NCBI GenBank assembly: GCA_963730185.1
Contig: CAVSQW010000008.1
Coordinates: 96,001 to 160,000 of the forward strand
Source of the DNA: an uncultured Gemmatimonadales bacterium
GTDB taxonomy: Bacteria; Gemmatimonadota; Gemmatimonadetes; Gemmatimonadales; GWC2-71-9
DNA: 64,000 nucleotides
Direction: 5' to 3'
Each line of letters opens with the position of its first letter. Within the stretch, counting starts at the first letter, position 1. This document shows positions 10,831 to 23,050 of this stretch, one piece after another. The notes below the pieces were generated by a model. The model did no database searches. It was not told where the DNA came from and saw only the letters and a list, made by a program, of their open reading frames with translations. The position numbers and the translations under genes were made by a program.

Positions 10831-11938
10831 CCCGAGTGCCCGGTTGCCCCCCTTCTCGGGCCGATCATATCGGCAGCTTGCTGCGCCCGACGACGCTGCG
10901 ACAGGCGTTTCGCGAGTTTCACCGCCAAGAGATCGACGGCGCGACCTTTCGCGCCATTCAAGACGAGGCCATCCGTGCCGTCGTCAGGTTGCAGGAAGAC
11001 GTCGGGTTAGGGATCGTCAACGACGGCGAGTATCGGCGCGGATCGTACTGGAGCCGGTTCGTCGAGCTGACCGACGGTCTGGGGGTCGGGGAAGCGATGT
11101 TCACGTTCCATGACGATCACGGTAATGAGCTCGATTTCACGGCGCCCTACGTCGACGCGACGGTCCGCCGCGGGCGGCCGATCGCCGTCGACGAGGTAAC
11201 GTTTACGCGGGCGCTCACCGATGCGGCGGTGAAAGTCACCCTGCCCGCGCCGTCCACGATGCACTTCTGGCGGGGGCGCCGGTATGCCGCCCCGGGGCTC
11301 TACGCTACGCCGGCCGCAATTCTTTGCGGACCTTGGGAAAGGTGTACCAGGCAGAAATCGCCGACCTCGCCAAAGCGGGGGCGCAATACGTGCAACTCGA
11401 TGAGGTCGCGCTCGCCATGCTGTGCGATCCATCCGCGCGCGAGAAGGTGAAGGCCGACGGCCAAGATCCGGAGGAGCTGGTCGATCTCTATGTCGAGGCC
11501 ATCAATCGCGCGGTCGAGCAGCGACCGCCACACCTGGTGGTCGGGATCCACATGTGCCGCGGCAATTTCAAGGGCAAGTATCTGGCCGCGGGTGGTTACG
11601 ACTCGATCGCGGAGAAGTTGTTCCAGCGCGCGAACGTGAATCACTTCTTGCTCGAGTACGACACCCCGCGCGCCGGGGACTTTGCCCCGCTGCGTTTCAT
11701 CCCCAAGAACAAAGGAGTGGTGCTCGGGCTGGTCAGCTCCAAGGTCCCGGCGCTGGAGCCGATGGACCTGCTGAAGGGCAGAGTCGACGAGGCGTCGAAA
11801 TACGTCGACGCCGACCGACTCGCCATCAGCCCTCAATGCGGGTTCGCCAGTACCGTTGCCGGGAACCCGATCACGGAGGCGGATATGCGAGCGAAGCTGC
11901 AGCTCGTGGTCGACGCCGCGCGGGCCATCTGGGGCTAA
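10827..11938 (+). CDS. cobalamin-independent methionine synthase II family protein (frameshift near 11320-11340)
   Basis: ADHIGSLLRP, DGEYRRGSY, zinc ligands HMCRGN, LEYD, SPQCGFAS; ATGA-coupled to hcrB. Confidence 0.85.
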
Positions 11939-12018
11939 CGAACCCGGCCCCGTGACTTCTCCGGCCTAACCGGCCCGCCAGACGGAAAGTCGCCAGGCGG
12001 ATTCCGTCCCCCTTCGGG

Positions 12019-13854
12019 TCAGGGAACGAGGCGGTTCCGCTCGGCCGACACAACCGGCAGCTCGAGCACGCTCGCGTGAGTCGGGTCGTGATAGAGCGTG
12101 ACGTGCGCCGTCCGGGCGTCCGCACCGCTTTCGAGGGCCACGGCGTGGCCCGAATTGTAGTTCTTCTCCCAGGCCATCGAGTTGGGCGACCGGAGGATCA
12201 GCCGAAGGCGGCTTCCTTCTTGGATCTGCCGCGAAAAGAAGGTGAACTGGTCGAACACGAATCGGGTGATCTCACCTGGGGTCACCAGATGGGCCTCCCT
12301 GGGCGAGTCGCGGTACCGGGCGCGCAGCGCATCGTCGGCGAGATAGATCGCGCTTCCGTCAGGACGGACTTCGTAGAGCGCGACTTCGAAGTCGGTGTCC
12401 GGCACGTCCAGGCTGAGCCAGACGGTCAGCTTCGGCGTTCCAGTGATCTCGACGGCCTTGGGGAAGGGCGCACTGTGGTAGATCAGCCCATTCCCCATGA
12501 GATTGAAGGCCGACGTCTGCTCCTCGAGATAGGCGGCGGGCTGCGGCTGCATCTCGAGCGCGGCCGGGCGGGTGTCGAGGGGATCGTAGAGGTAGCGATC
12601 GGGTGGGCTCACCGTCTTGACGGGTGCCGTCGTGAGCAGGCCGGAGTGGAGCACGTCGTTGGCGCCGTCCCGCGAGTCGAGGTGCAACCGGAGCGTCGAG
12701 TCCGAGATGCTCTCCACGTCGTCGGCGTACTTCCACTCGTTGGCGCCGATCACCCAGTACGCCACCCGCTTCTTGAGAAAGGCCGGCTTGGGGCCCTGCT
12801 TCGTGGTCCAGTCGTACCACGCCAGGTTCAGGGCGTTCATGTCCAGGACGCTGGCGGCGCCGAAATGGAGCCCACCGAGGTCGGCGACCGGCGTCCGGGT
12901 ACCCGGATGGTCCCACGGCCCGACGATCAGATAGTGCTGCGCGCGGGCGTGGGCGGTCGCGTAGCGCTGGTGGCGCCGGTAATAGGTCAAGGCGCCGATC
13001 TGGTCAGCGTCGAAGTATCCCGTCACCGTCAAGATCGGGAGATCGATCTTGGCGTACTCTTCGGGCGTTGGGGTCATCCGGTCCCAATACCCGTCGGCGA
13101 TCGGGTGCTGCATCCAGGTCGGGTAGATCGTGGTAAGATTCCCGGCAATCGTGTCCAGGGACGCGAAGGGTAGGTGCCCCAGGTACATCTCCTGGTACTT
13201 CTCGACCCAGAACGTCGGATCGCCGAACAGGTTCGTCTGCGGGGTAACCCCGCTGGTGAAGGTGGCCCACTGGATCGCGTAGGATTGGAAGATGTTCCGG
13301 AGCTGCGGAAAGTCGACCCCGGGATACCCTGAGGCCACGGGTAGCATGCTCACCAGATGCGGCGGCGGATCCTTGGCGATTGCCCATTGGAAGAAGCCGC
13401 CGTACGAACCGCCCCAGAACGTGACTTTGCCGTTGGAAAATGGTTGCCGGGCGAGCCATTCGACCAGATCGTGGCCGTCCTGAGCCTCGTTGACGAACGG
13501 TTCGAACCGACCCTCGGAGTTGCCGCGGCCCCGGGTATCCACCAAGGCGAAGACGTAGCCGTGCCGAGCGAAGTACATCGCCCGTGCATGCGACATGTCG
13601 GCGATATAGGGTGTGAGCCAGAGGACGACGGGCAGCGGCTCCCGCTGACCTTTGGGCTGGTAGATGGTGGCGTTGAGGTGGATCCCATCGGGCATGGGAA
13701 CCTTCACGCCGAAGGTGAGCTTGACTGCGCCGGTGTCGGGGGGACTCTGGGCGCCGGCGTGCGAAATACCCCCCGCGAACGTCAGGCCGGCGACGAGCGC
13801 CCCTCGAGTCAGGAGAGAACCCACTCGGACTGGTCTTCCCGATAGGGAGCTCAC
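12019..13854 (-). CDS. CocE/NonD family hydrolase, exported
   Basis: DTRGRGNSEG, GGSYGG nucleophile, GYFD, GPWDH; GTGA overlap with upstream stop (start uncertain). Confidence 0.9.
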   Translation of the reverse strand: MSSLSGRPVRVGSLLTRGALVAGLTFAGGISHAGAQSPPDTGAVKLTFGVKVPMPDGIHLNATIYQPKGQREPLPVVLWLTPYIADMSHARAMYFARHGYVFALVDTRGRGNSEGRFEPFVNEAQDGHDLVEWLARQPFSNGKVTFWGGSYGGFFQWAIAKDPPPHLVSMLPVASGYPGVDFPQLRNIFQSYAIQWATFTSGVTPQTNLFGDPTFWVEKYQEMYLGHLPFASLDTIAGNLTTIYPTWMQHPIADGYWDRMTPTPEEYAKIDLPILTVTGYFDADQIGALTYYRRHQRYATAHARAQHYLIVGPWDHPGTRTPVADLGGLHFGAASVLDMNALNLAWYDWTTKQGPKPAFLKKRVAYWVIGANEWKYADDVESISDSTLRLHLDSRDGANDVLHSGLLTTAPVKTVSPPDRYLYDPLDTRPAALEMQPQPAAYLEEQTSAFNLMGNGLIYHSAPFPKAVEITGTPKLTVWLSLDVPDTDFEVALYEVRPDGSAIYLADDALRARYRDSPREAHLVTPGEITRFVFDQFTFFSRQIQEGSRLRLILRSPNSMAWEKNYNSGHAVALESGADARTAHVTLYHDPTHASVLELPVVSAERNRLVP

Positions 13855-15575
13855 CGGCCGGTCGAGGGTGAGTGCCACGCCGGCCCCCGCACGATCCGCC
13901 CCGGCTTCTCTCCCGTCACTTGCCCATCCCGTACCACCGCGGTCCCATTCACCAGCACCCACTTCACCCCAACCGACAGCTGGTGGGGCTTCTCGTAGGT
14001 CGCCCGGTCGATGATCGTGTTCGGGTCGAAGATCATCACGTCGGCGAACGCGCCCTCGCGGAGCACCCCGCGGTCCGGAATCGACAGCCGCTCGGCGACG
14101 GCCGACGTCATCTTTCGGACGGCGTCCTCGAGCGTGAGCACGTGCTGCTCGCGAACGAACCGGCCGAGAATCCGGGGATAGGTGCCGTAGGCGCGCGGAT
14201 GGGTCGACTTCTTCGCCGTGGCCGGATCGAACGCCTCGGCGTCGGTGCCGAACTTCATCCACGGCTGGCTGATCTGCATGGCGACGTTGGAATCCGACGC
14301 GATGAAGATCACTTGCTCGAGGCCGTTCTTCTCGAGGAGCGTGAGGTCGATGAGCGCGTCGGGCCAGGACTCATGCCGGGCCGCGGCGATCTCGGTGAGC
14401 CGCTTGCCCTCGTACTTCTTCAGCGAGTCCGCCTTGAAGCCGACGACCTCGACGCCCTGAGGCGTTGCCGCGAGGCAGAGGCTCTCCCAGTCGGGCGACT
14501 CGGTCGCGATGTCCTTCTCGAGCTTGGCGCGCAAGGACGGATCGCGGAGGCGCTCGAGCAGCTTGCCGTCGGCCTGGGCCCAGGGCGGGATGCAGGACGA
14601 GAGGTTGTTCTGCCCGGCGACGTACGGATACTGGTCGGCCGCGACGTCCTCCCCGACCGCGCGGGCCGAGTCGATCTTGGCGACGACCAGCCGGGCCTTG
14701 GGCCAGTTCTTCACGCCGGCGGCCTTGAGATGATAGATCTCGACCGGAACGCCGCCCTCGCGGCCGATCTTGATCGCCTCGTCGACCGCCTCGAGGAGCC
14801 GGTCGCCCTCCGACCGCATGTGGGTGATATACACGCCGCCGTAGGGCGCCATCGCCTTGGCTTCCTCGATCAGCTCCGCGGTCGAGGCGTAGCTGCCCGG
14901 CGGATAAATCAGCGCGCTGGCCACCCCGAACGCGCCGTCGACCATCGCGTTCCGGACCACGCTGCGCATGGTATCGATCTCGGCCGGGGTGGCCGGCCCT
15001 TCGGCCATACCCTTGGCATAGGCGCGGACCGTGCCGGCGCCCACGAACGAGCCGACGTTGACGCCGATCTTGTGGGCCTCCATGGCCCTGAGCCAGGCGT
15101 CGAAGCCGTGGGGCCCGCGCCAGCCCTCCATGAGCCGGATCCGCGCCGTGTCGACGGCCAGCGCCTTGGCGGCCTCGATGACGCCGTCGTTGGCCGGCGC
15201 GAAGGTGTCGCCCTCGCCGAGGATCATGGTCGTGATCCCCTGGGTGACCATGCTGACGACGCGGCTGTCGCCGGTGAGGAGCTGGTCGTACGACTGGGCC
15301 TGGATGTCGATGGCGCCCGGAGCGACGACCAGCCGGCTCGCGTCGATCCGCTCCTTGGCGGTCGCGTCCTCGAGCATGCCGGGCGGCGTGATCCGGGCGA
15401 TGTGGTCGCCGGTGATGCCGACGTCGCCGTAATGCCAGGCGTTGCCGGTGCCGTCGACGATGCGGCCGTTGGCAATGACGATGTCGTATGCGCCGGAGGC
15501 GGGAGCCGCGGCGGTGCCCGGGGTGCGGGCGCAGCCGGCGGCGAGCGCCAGCGAGATCAGCAGTCGAGTGTTCAT
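13851..15575 (-). CDS. N-acyl-D-amino-acid deacylase family, lipoprotein-like signal
   Basis: DGTGN, HMRSEG, HLKAAG, HPRAYGTYPRILG, AVRKMTS; LAAGC lipobox-like sequence. Confidence 0.9.
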   Translation of the reverse strand: MNTRLLISLALAAGCARTPGTAAAPASGAYDIVIANGRIVDGTGNAWHYGDVGITGDHIARITPPGMLEDATAKERIDASRLVVAPGAIDIQAQSYDQLLTGDSRVVSMVTQGITTMILGEGDTFAPANDGVIEAAKALAVDTARIRLMEGWRGPHGFDAWLRAMEAHKIGVNVGSFVGAGTVRAYAKGMAEGPATPAEIDTMRSVVRNAMVDGAFGVASALIYPPGSYASTAELIEEAKAMAPYGGVYITHMRSEGDRLLEAVDEAIKIGREGGVPVEIYHLKAAGVKNWPKARLVVAKIDSARAVGEDVAADQYPYVAGQNNLSSCIPPWAQADGKLLERLRDPSLRAKLEKDIATESPDWESLCLAATPQGVEVVGFKADSLKKYEGKRLTEIAAARHESWPDALIDLTLLEKNGLEQVIFIASDSNVAMQISQPWMKFGTDAEAFDPATAKKSTHPRAYGTYPRILGRFVREQHVLTLEDAVRKMTSAVAERLSIPDRGVLREGAFADVMIFDPNTIIDRATYEKPHQLSVGVKWVLVNGTAVVRDGQVTGEKPGRIVRGPAWHSPSTGR

Positions 15576-15603
15576 GGGATGTCCTTCTCGGTGGTGGCCT
15601 GCT

Positions 15604-16816
15604 CTAGTACGGTTCATGGTGGTGCCGGAGCGGTTCCCCGGCTTCAAGCGACGCCAGCAAGTCCAGAAGACCGGCTGCCTCCCACGACTGGTTCCTTCGT
15701 GCGCGCGAGAGCGGCAGCAACACGCCGGCGTCCTGCAATTGGGCCAGCGCGTCGTACACCGGACCCCTTGACCGGCTCGTTGCGGCGGCGGCGACCGGCC
15801 CGGTGATGATCGGATGGGCGGGCAGAACCTCGATCACCGCCCAGGCCGTTGCGTCCGCCCTGGGGGCCGACGCCTCCGTCAGGCGCCGCCGCCAATCCGC
15901 CATGAGGTCGTGCACGGCGCCGAGATAGTCGTTGGCGAGGTTGGCGGAGCGGGCCGCGGTGGCTGCGAAGTGCTCGATCCACTCGACGACGCCGTCTCCG
16001 CGAAACCGGGTCAGGCCCTGGATGTAGCGGTCTGCGTGAGGCGGCCAGGACAACGCTCACGGGCGGAACGTAGGCGGGTGCCAGGTCTCGGCGGCGGAGG
16101 ACGACATGAACCAGCGCGCGCCCGGTTCGGCCGTTCCCATCGCCGAACGGGTGGATCGTCTCGAACTGAGCGTGCACCAAGGCGGCCTGGACGAGCGGCG
16201 GAAGAAGATCGCTGGCGATCGCACCGCAGAGATCGTCCAGGAGCCTGGGGACGTCCTCCACCGGCGGCGGTACGAAATCCGCGCCGCACGGGTTGTAGTC
16301 GTTGCCACCGATCCAGTTCTGATCGGTTCGGAACCTGCCGGCGATCTGCCGTCGGGTGTCCTGTTCCATCAGGCGTCGATGGATGACGAGAATCTCCGCT
16401 TGGCCGAAGGTCGCGGCCCCAGCCGCCTCGGTAATCGCCGTCTCCATGGCGGCCACGTTGGCCAAGATGTCGGCCGCCGTTTGACTTCGCCGCCCCCCGG
16501 TTTCCATGCGGACCTCGGCCCGGGCCAGGTCTCGAGCGTCCATCTGGAGGCCCTCGACTTTCGACGAGGCGATGGACTCGGTTCGGAGCAGGAGGCGGGC
16601 AAGAGGGGCCAAGGCCGGCTGAGCGGCCGCGTTGAGCTTGCGGATGGCCGCTTCGGCGTCCGAAACCAGACCGGCCGTTGTCGCCGGCAGGTTGACGTCC
16701 AAGGACGCCAACTCCTCGGGGACAAACGCTTGGTAGCTGCAGGCCCGCTTGTATTTGGCCGGCGCGTCGATGGTGGGGTCGAACTGCCAGACCTTGGATA
16801 GGTAGTGTCCTGGCAT
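15604..16816 (-). CDS. Fic family protein with C-terminal HTH-like region (frameshift near 16045)
   Basis: HPFGDGNGRTGR Fic motif; SSKVEG inhibitory motif; C-terminus continues in ORF 15604..16053. Confidence 0.9.
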
Positions 16817-16833
16817 CTCGAGCTTGAACCCCA

Positions 16834-16888
16834 GTGTAAGTATGACTTACACAATAAACCATACTTTGAAAGGAGCAAGGTATGGTTT
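16834..16888. promoter_or_regulatory. two adjacent AT-rich inverted repeats upstream of fic
   Basis: GTGTAAGT-ATG-ACTTACAC (16834-16852) and AAACCATACTTTG-N7-CAAGGTATGGTTT (16856-16888). Confidence 0.55.
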
Positions 16889-16896
16889 GCGCGGCC

Positions 16897-18318
16897 CTAC
16901 TTCCGCCGGGTCGCCGTCAGCCGCCGGGTGCCCAGCTCGAGCACGAGATGGTCAATCCGCCCGCCGTCGCCCTCGAAGGTGACCGTCATGCCGCCGCCCC
17001 GGGGGACGAACCGGGTCGGGGTTTCCGCCAGCAGCTCGTTCACCGCCGGCTGGCCGTTCTGCTGGATCGCGAGCGCGCGACCCACCCGGCTGATCACGAA
17101 GCTTCCTCGGCCCAGGTCGTAGGTGCCGACATAGCTGTCGAGCACCTTGTCGTCCACGGCGATGCCCTTCCGCTCCGGCGGGAGGACGTAGTTCTCACCG
17201 CGCAACAGCTTGAGCGCCGCGCTCGAAAGCTCCGAGGGCGGGACCGCGTCCGGCAGGAAGTCGGAGTTGGTCATGTAGTAGACGCCGACCTTGGCGTCGA
17301 GATCGCCGATCAGGAATGCCCGCTGCCCGGCGATGGCGCCACCGTGGTGGATCAGGGTGTGGCCGGTGGCGCTGTCGTGGATCATCCAGAACCCGAACCC
17401 GTAGTCGCCGCCGAAGCGGGGCTCGTGCATCGCCTTGACCGACTCCTCGGACAGGATCCGGTGCCCGTTGAAGACACCGCCGTTGAGCTGGGCGCCGAGG
17501 TACCGGGCCATGTCCTCGGCCCGGAGCCAGATGTCGCCGGCGGGGTAGACGTCGAAGTGCACCTGGGCCACGGGCTCGGGCTTGCCGAGGGAGCCGCCCG
17601 CCGCGTAGGGCAGGGACATCACCTCGACCATCTCGGGCGAGGGATAGACCGGATGGGGCGTGGTGACGCCGAGCGGCTGGAGAATGTTCTCGACCATGTA
17701 CTTCTCGTACTCGACACCGGAGATCTTCTGGACCAGCAGACCCGCGGTGCCGTAGGCGAAGTTGTTGTACTCCCACTTGGTCTCGGGCGCCCGGATCGAG
17801 TAGAGCTTGGAGGTGAACTCCTCCAGCGTCTTCGGGAGCTTCCGGCTCCAGATCGGCTCGGTCTCCGCCCCACTGATCAGCCCGGACCAGTGCGAGAGGA
17901 TGTGGGTGAAGGTCACCGGCTTCTCGCTCTGGAGCCGGTCCTGCACCTGGTCGTCGCCCAGGTAGCGGTTGATCGGGTCGTCCAGCTTGAGCTTGCCCTG
18001 CTCGGCGAGCTGCATGATGGCGGTGGCGGTGACCGACTTGAACGACGATCCGGTGCTGTAGAGCGTCTCGGTGGTGGCGGGCGTCTTGGTCCGCATGTTG
18101 GCGTAGCCGAAGGCCGCCTTCCAGACGATCGAGTCGCCCCGAACCAGCGCGATCGACATCGACGGAATCCCGTTGTCGGCGAGGGTTCGCTCGATGAGGC
18201 TGGTGAGCACCGTCTTCGTCTTGGCGAGGTCGAATCGTCCAGCTTGCGCGGTCGCGGCGGATCGGGGCAGAACGAGGAGCACCAGCAGACCGGACAGGCG
18301 AAGATACCGACGGATCAT
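16897..18318 (-). CDS. serine hydrolase (class C beta-lactamase-like) with small C-terminal domain, exported
   Basis: SSFK (SxxK), YNN, HGG motifs; LSHWSG; signal peptide. Confidence 0.85.
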   Translation of the reverse strand: MIRRYLRLSGLLVLLVLPRSAATAQAGRFDLAKTKTVLTSLIERTLADNGIPSMSIALVRGDSIVWKAAFGYANMRTKTPATTETLYSTGSSFKSVTATAIMQLAEQGKLKLDDPINRYLGDDQVQDRLQSEKPVTFTHILSHWSGLISGAETEPIWSRKLPKTLEEFTSKLYSIRAPETKWEYNNFAYGTAGLLVQKISGVEYEKYMVENILQPLGVTTPHPVYPSPEMVEVMSLPYAAGGSLGKPEPVAQVHFDVYPAGDIWLRAEDMARYLGAQLNGGVFNGHRILSEESVKAMHEPRFGGDYGFGFWMIHDSATGHTLIHHGGAIAGQRAFLIGDLDAKVGVYYMTNSDFLPDAVPPSELSSAALKLLRGENYVLPPERKGIAVDDKVLDSYVGTYDLGRGSFVISRVGRALAIQQNGQPAVNELLAETPTRFVPRGGGMTVTFEGDGGRIDHLVLELGTRRLTATRRK

Positions 18319-18488
18319 GGTTGTTCCGGGAGCAGAGTAGAGGAGGGGGCGCCGACGGTTGAAGCTACCGCACCCCGGGATCACCGGCAAGCAAACGCCG
18401 GACCCAGCCTCGGGGGTAGTGATCTGGGGGGAGGCTCACGCCGTCGGCCCGGTCGGCGCCGACGGCGGAGCACGCTGGAGCGAGCGCG

Positions 18489-19070
18489 CTAGCGACTCAC
18501 GGGCCGAAATCCGGTGCGGGCCAGCTTGGCCAGCGTCGCCTTGGCCGTCGGCTCCTTGACCGACCCCTCGGCCCGAAGGGTACGCAGGGCCTGTTTGCCG
18601 TCCGCGCCGAGGTCGCACAGTCGCTGGACGGCGAGCTGCTGGACCGGCTCGGCGAGGTAGTCGCCCGGCCGCGCCGCCACGGCCGCGGCCGCGGCCGGCT
18701 CCTGGGCGACTTCGGTCAGAAACGCGGTCGCTTCCCGGGTCTCGGCTTGAATTCCCATCAAGTCGACGATCAGGGTCCGGACCCGGGACTCGGTCGACTG
18801 GTGATAGATCCGCACCAGCCGGGCGACGATGCCCGGAACGGACAGGCAGTCGTCGCACTTTCGCCCATAGTGCATCGTCATGAAGCCCGGCGCATAGAGA
18901 CGTTCGTCCAGCCGAGGGGCGGTGAGTGCGGACTGCTCGAGCCGGTCGAGCTCCCGCGTCACCGTTTCGTCCGAGGCCGGTCCCCCCTGGGCCCAGGCGA
19001 CCGGCGCGGCCGGAGTCCGGGCAGCGAGGATGATGATGGTTGCAGTCGCGAATCGGGTGATCGAACGCAT
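18489..19070 (-). CDS. hypothetical exported protein with CxxC and helical-repeat-like C-terminus
   Basis: Signal-like MRSITRFATATIIILAA..AWAQ; KCDDC; no family recognised. Confidence 0.5.
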   Translation of the reverse strand: MRSITRFATATIIILAARTPAAPVAWAQGGPASDETVTRELDRLEQSALTAPRLDERLYAPGFMTMHYGRKCDDCLSVPGIVARLVRIYHQSTESRVRTLIVDLMGIQAETREATAFLTEVAQEPAAAAAVAARPGDYLAEPVQQLAVQRLCDLGADGKQALRTLRAEGSVKEPTAKATLAKLARTGFRPVSR

Positions 19071-19187
19071 GGGATGCCTCGGTTGCAGGTTGCGCCTCGA
19101 AGCGATCGCCTCCGATGGCTTCAGCCTCGAGCAATGCAACGTCTGCGCCGGGACGGGGCGCTCAGCTATGCGCAGAAAGTGGCAGCT

Positions 19188-20843
<1,656 letters not shown>

Positions 20844-21017
20844 CAACCTACGGCAGAGTGGGCCTCCTCGTCCATTGGGGAGGTCAGGAAGCCCGCTCGG
20901 GCTGTTGCTCGGGTCGGGAAGCGGCTGGCGGAGCCTGGCCATGGAAGGTCGGGCCCGTGGCGCCCGACGGGCAGGGCGGTTAGTAGTTCGACAATCGCCG
21001 GCCCCTCGGGAGGCCCC

Positions 21018-21380
21018 ATGGTCGAGATCAGCGTACACGGTGACCGCCTCCGCCTCGAGGTCCAGGGCTGGGACCAGCTCTGGGCCCTGAAGAGCGAGCT
21101 CGAATTCCCCCTCGCCCACATCCGAAGCGTGCGCCAGGACCCCGAACCCGCGCTCGGCTGGTGGCATGGGTTCCGCCTCCCGGGAACCGACATCCCCGGG
21201 ATCCTCACCGCCGGCACCTTCTATCGGCACGACGGCGCGGTCTTCTACGACGTACACGATCCCGAACGGACGATCGTGTTCGAGCTGGAGCACGAGCACT
21301 ATCAACGGCTGGTGGTCGAGGTGAAGGACCCGGCCGCCGCGGTGGCTCGGGTGAGGGAGGCGCTGGCCCAGCGGGCGTGA
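21018..21380 (+). CDS. conserved hypothetical protein (possibly PH-like)
   Basis: GGAGG RBS; MVEISVHGDRL..RLPGTDIPGILTAGTFY..YQRLVVEV. Confidence 0.75.
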   Translation: MVEISVHGDRLRLEVQGWDQLWALKSELEFPLAHIRSVRQDPEPALGWWHGFRLPGTDIPGILTAGTFYRHDGAVFYDVHDPERTIVFELEHEHYQRLVVEVKDPAAAVARVREALAQRA

Positions 21381-21454
21381 CGGCCGAGCCCGGCGCGACC
21401 CGCCCCGCACCAAGGCGCTTGTCCGCCCCGACCACCGGAGCTATCGTGGCACCC

Positions 21455-23050
21455 ATGTCTCACTATTTCCTGAAGCTCGTGCCGGCGTTCGTCCTGCCGT
21501 GCGCGCTGGCCGCGCAGACGCGGGCCGCGGCACCGGCCCAGGCCGCCGCCCAGGCCCCGGCCGCGACCACCAGCGACGTCAAGCCCACCGCGACGCCCTC
21601 GTCGGGAACCGTGCGCACCGCGGCCGGCGTGGTCGCGTACGACGCGGTAACCGGCACGATGGTGGTCCACCCGAAGGGGTGGGACGACGCCGCGCCGCCC
21701 GACACATCGAAGCCGAACGCCGTCGCGACGATGTCGTACGTGGCGTACTTCAAGACCGGCGCGGACGCGGCGAAGCGGCCGCTCACCTTCCTGTTCAATG
21801 GCGGCCCCGGGTCGGCGACGCTCTGGCTGCACATGGGCGCCTTCGGTCCCCGGCGCGTGGTCGTGAACGATCACACCCACACGCCCGGCGCACCGTACCA
21901 GGTGGTCGAGAACGACCAGAGCCTGCTCGACGTGAGCGACCTCGTCTTCGTGGACATGCCCGGCACCGGGTTCGGCCGCCTCAGCGGCAAGGACAAAGAG
22001 AAGGCGTTCTACGGGGTGGACCAGGACATCCACGCGTTCACGGTCTTCATCCGCGACTTCCTGACGAAGTACCACCGCTGGAACTCGCCCAAGTACGTCT
22101 TCGGCGAGAGCTACGGCACGATGCGGGGGGCGGGGCTGGCGCTGGCCCTGCAGGGGGCGAGCATCGACCTCAACGGCCTGATGCTGCTGTCGTGTATCCT
22201 CAACTGGGACACGATGCCCGACGATCCGCAGCTGAATCCGTCGATCGACGAGCCCTACATCGTGAGCCTGCCGACCTACGCGGCCACGGCCTGGTACCAC
22301 CACAAGCTGCCGACGGGGCCGGCCGCGCTGGAGCCGTTCCTGGCCGAGGTCGAGCGCTTCGCGACCAACGAGTACCCGCTCGCGCTCCTCCAGGGCAACG
22401 CCCTCGCGGAGGGGCAACGTCAGGCGATCGCGGCGAAGCTGCACGAGTACACCGGCCTGTCCGTCGGGTACCTGCTCAAGACCAACCTCCGGATCGAGTA
22501 CGGGGCGTTCCAGAAGGAGCTGTTCGGCGAGGAGGCGATGACGACGGGCACGCTCGACACCCGCTTCGTCGGCCCGACGCTCGACCCGCTGAGCAAGGTC
22601 AGCGCCTACGACCCGCAGGACGTGGCGATCGGCGCGGCCTACGTCGCGGCCTTCAACACCTACGTGGCGCAGTCGCTCGCGTATGACGGTCCCTTTCCGT
22701 ACCGGACCAGCGCCGGCGTGTACGAGAGCTGGGACTACCGGCACCAGGCGCCCGGCGCGCACCGTCCGCTGATCGCGCTCCCGAACGTCCTGCCGGACCT
22801 GGCGGCGGCGATGAAGACGAACCCCACCATGCGGGTGCTCGTGCTCGGTGGCTACTACGATGTCTCGACGCCCTACTTCGAGGGCCGGTTCGAGCTGCGG
22901 CACCTGCCGATTCCGGCGGCGCTGGAGAAGAATATCGAGTACCGGTACTACGAGTCGGGGCACATGGTGTACGTGAACGTGCCGGCGCTGAAGAAGCTGC
23001 ACGACGACGTGGCGGCGTTCATCCAAGGCGGCGCCGGGTCAGGCAAGTAG
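21455..23050 (+). CDS. peptidase S10 family serine carboxypeptidase, exported
   Basis: FNGGPGS, GESYGT, GYYD, YESGHMVY. Confidence 0.9.
   Translation: MSHYFLKLVPAFVLPCALAAQTRAAAPAQAAAQAPAATTSDVKPTATPSSGTVRTAAGVVAYDAVTGTMVVHPKGWDDAAPPDTSKPNAVATMSYVAYFKTGADAAKRPLTFLFNGGPGSATLWLHMGAFGPRRVVVNDHTHTPGAPYQVVENDQSLLDVSDLVFVDMPGTGFGRLSGKDKEKAFYGVDQDIHAFTVFIRDFLTKYHRWNSPKYVFGESYGTMRGAGLALALQGASIDLNGLMLLSCILNWDTMPDDPQLNPSIDEPYIVSLPTYAATAWYHHKLPTGPAALEPFLAEVERFATNEYPLALLQGNALAEGQRQAIAAKLHEYTGLSVGYLLKTNLRIEYGAFQKELFGEEAMTTGTLDTRFVGPTLDPLSKVSAYDPQDVAIGAAYVAAFNTYVAQSLAYDGPFPYRTSAGVYESWDYRHQAPGAHRPLIALPNVLPDLAAAMKTNPTMRVLVLGGYYDVSTPYFEGRFELRHLPIPAALEKNIEYRYYESGHMVYVNVPALKKLHDDVAAFIQGGAGSGK

Noticed and set aside
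4495..11938. Programmed frameshifting in the aromatic cluster
   Set aside because: Too many irregular shifts and no consistent slippery site; sequencing error is more likely.
13872..15806. Long antisense and alternate-frame ORFs (also 16882..18492, 19257..21017, 21302..23026, 40057..41601, 52959..55397)
   Set aside because: Shadow ORFs expected at high GC, opposite genes with clear motifs.
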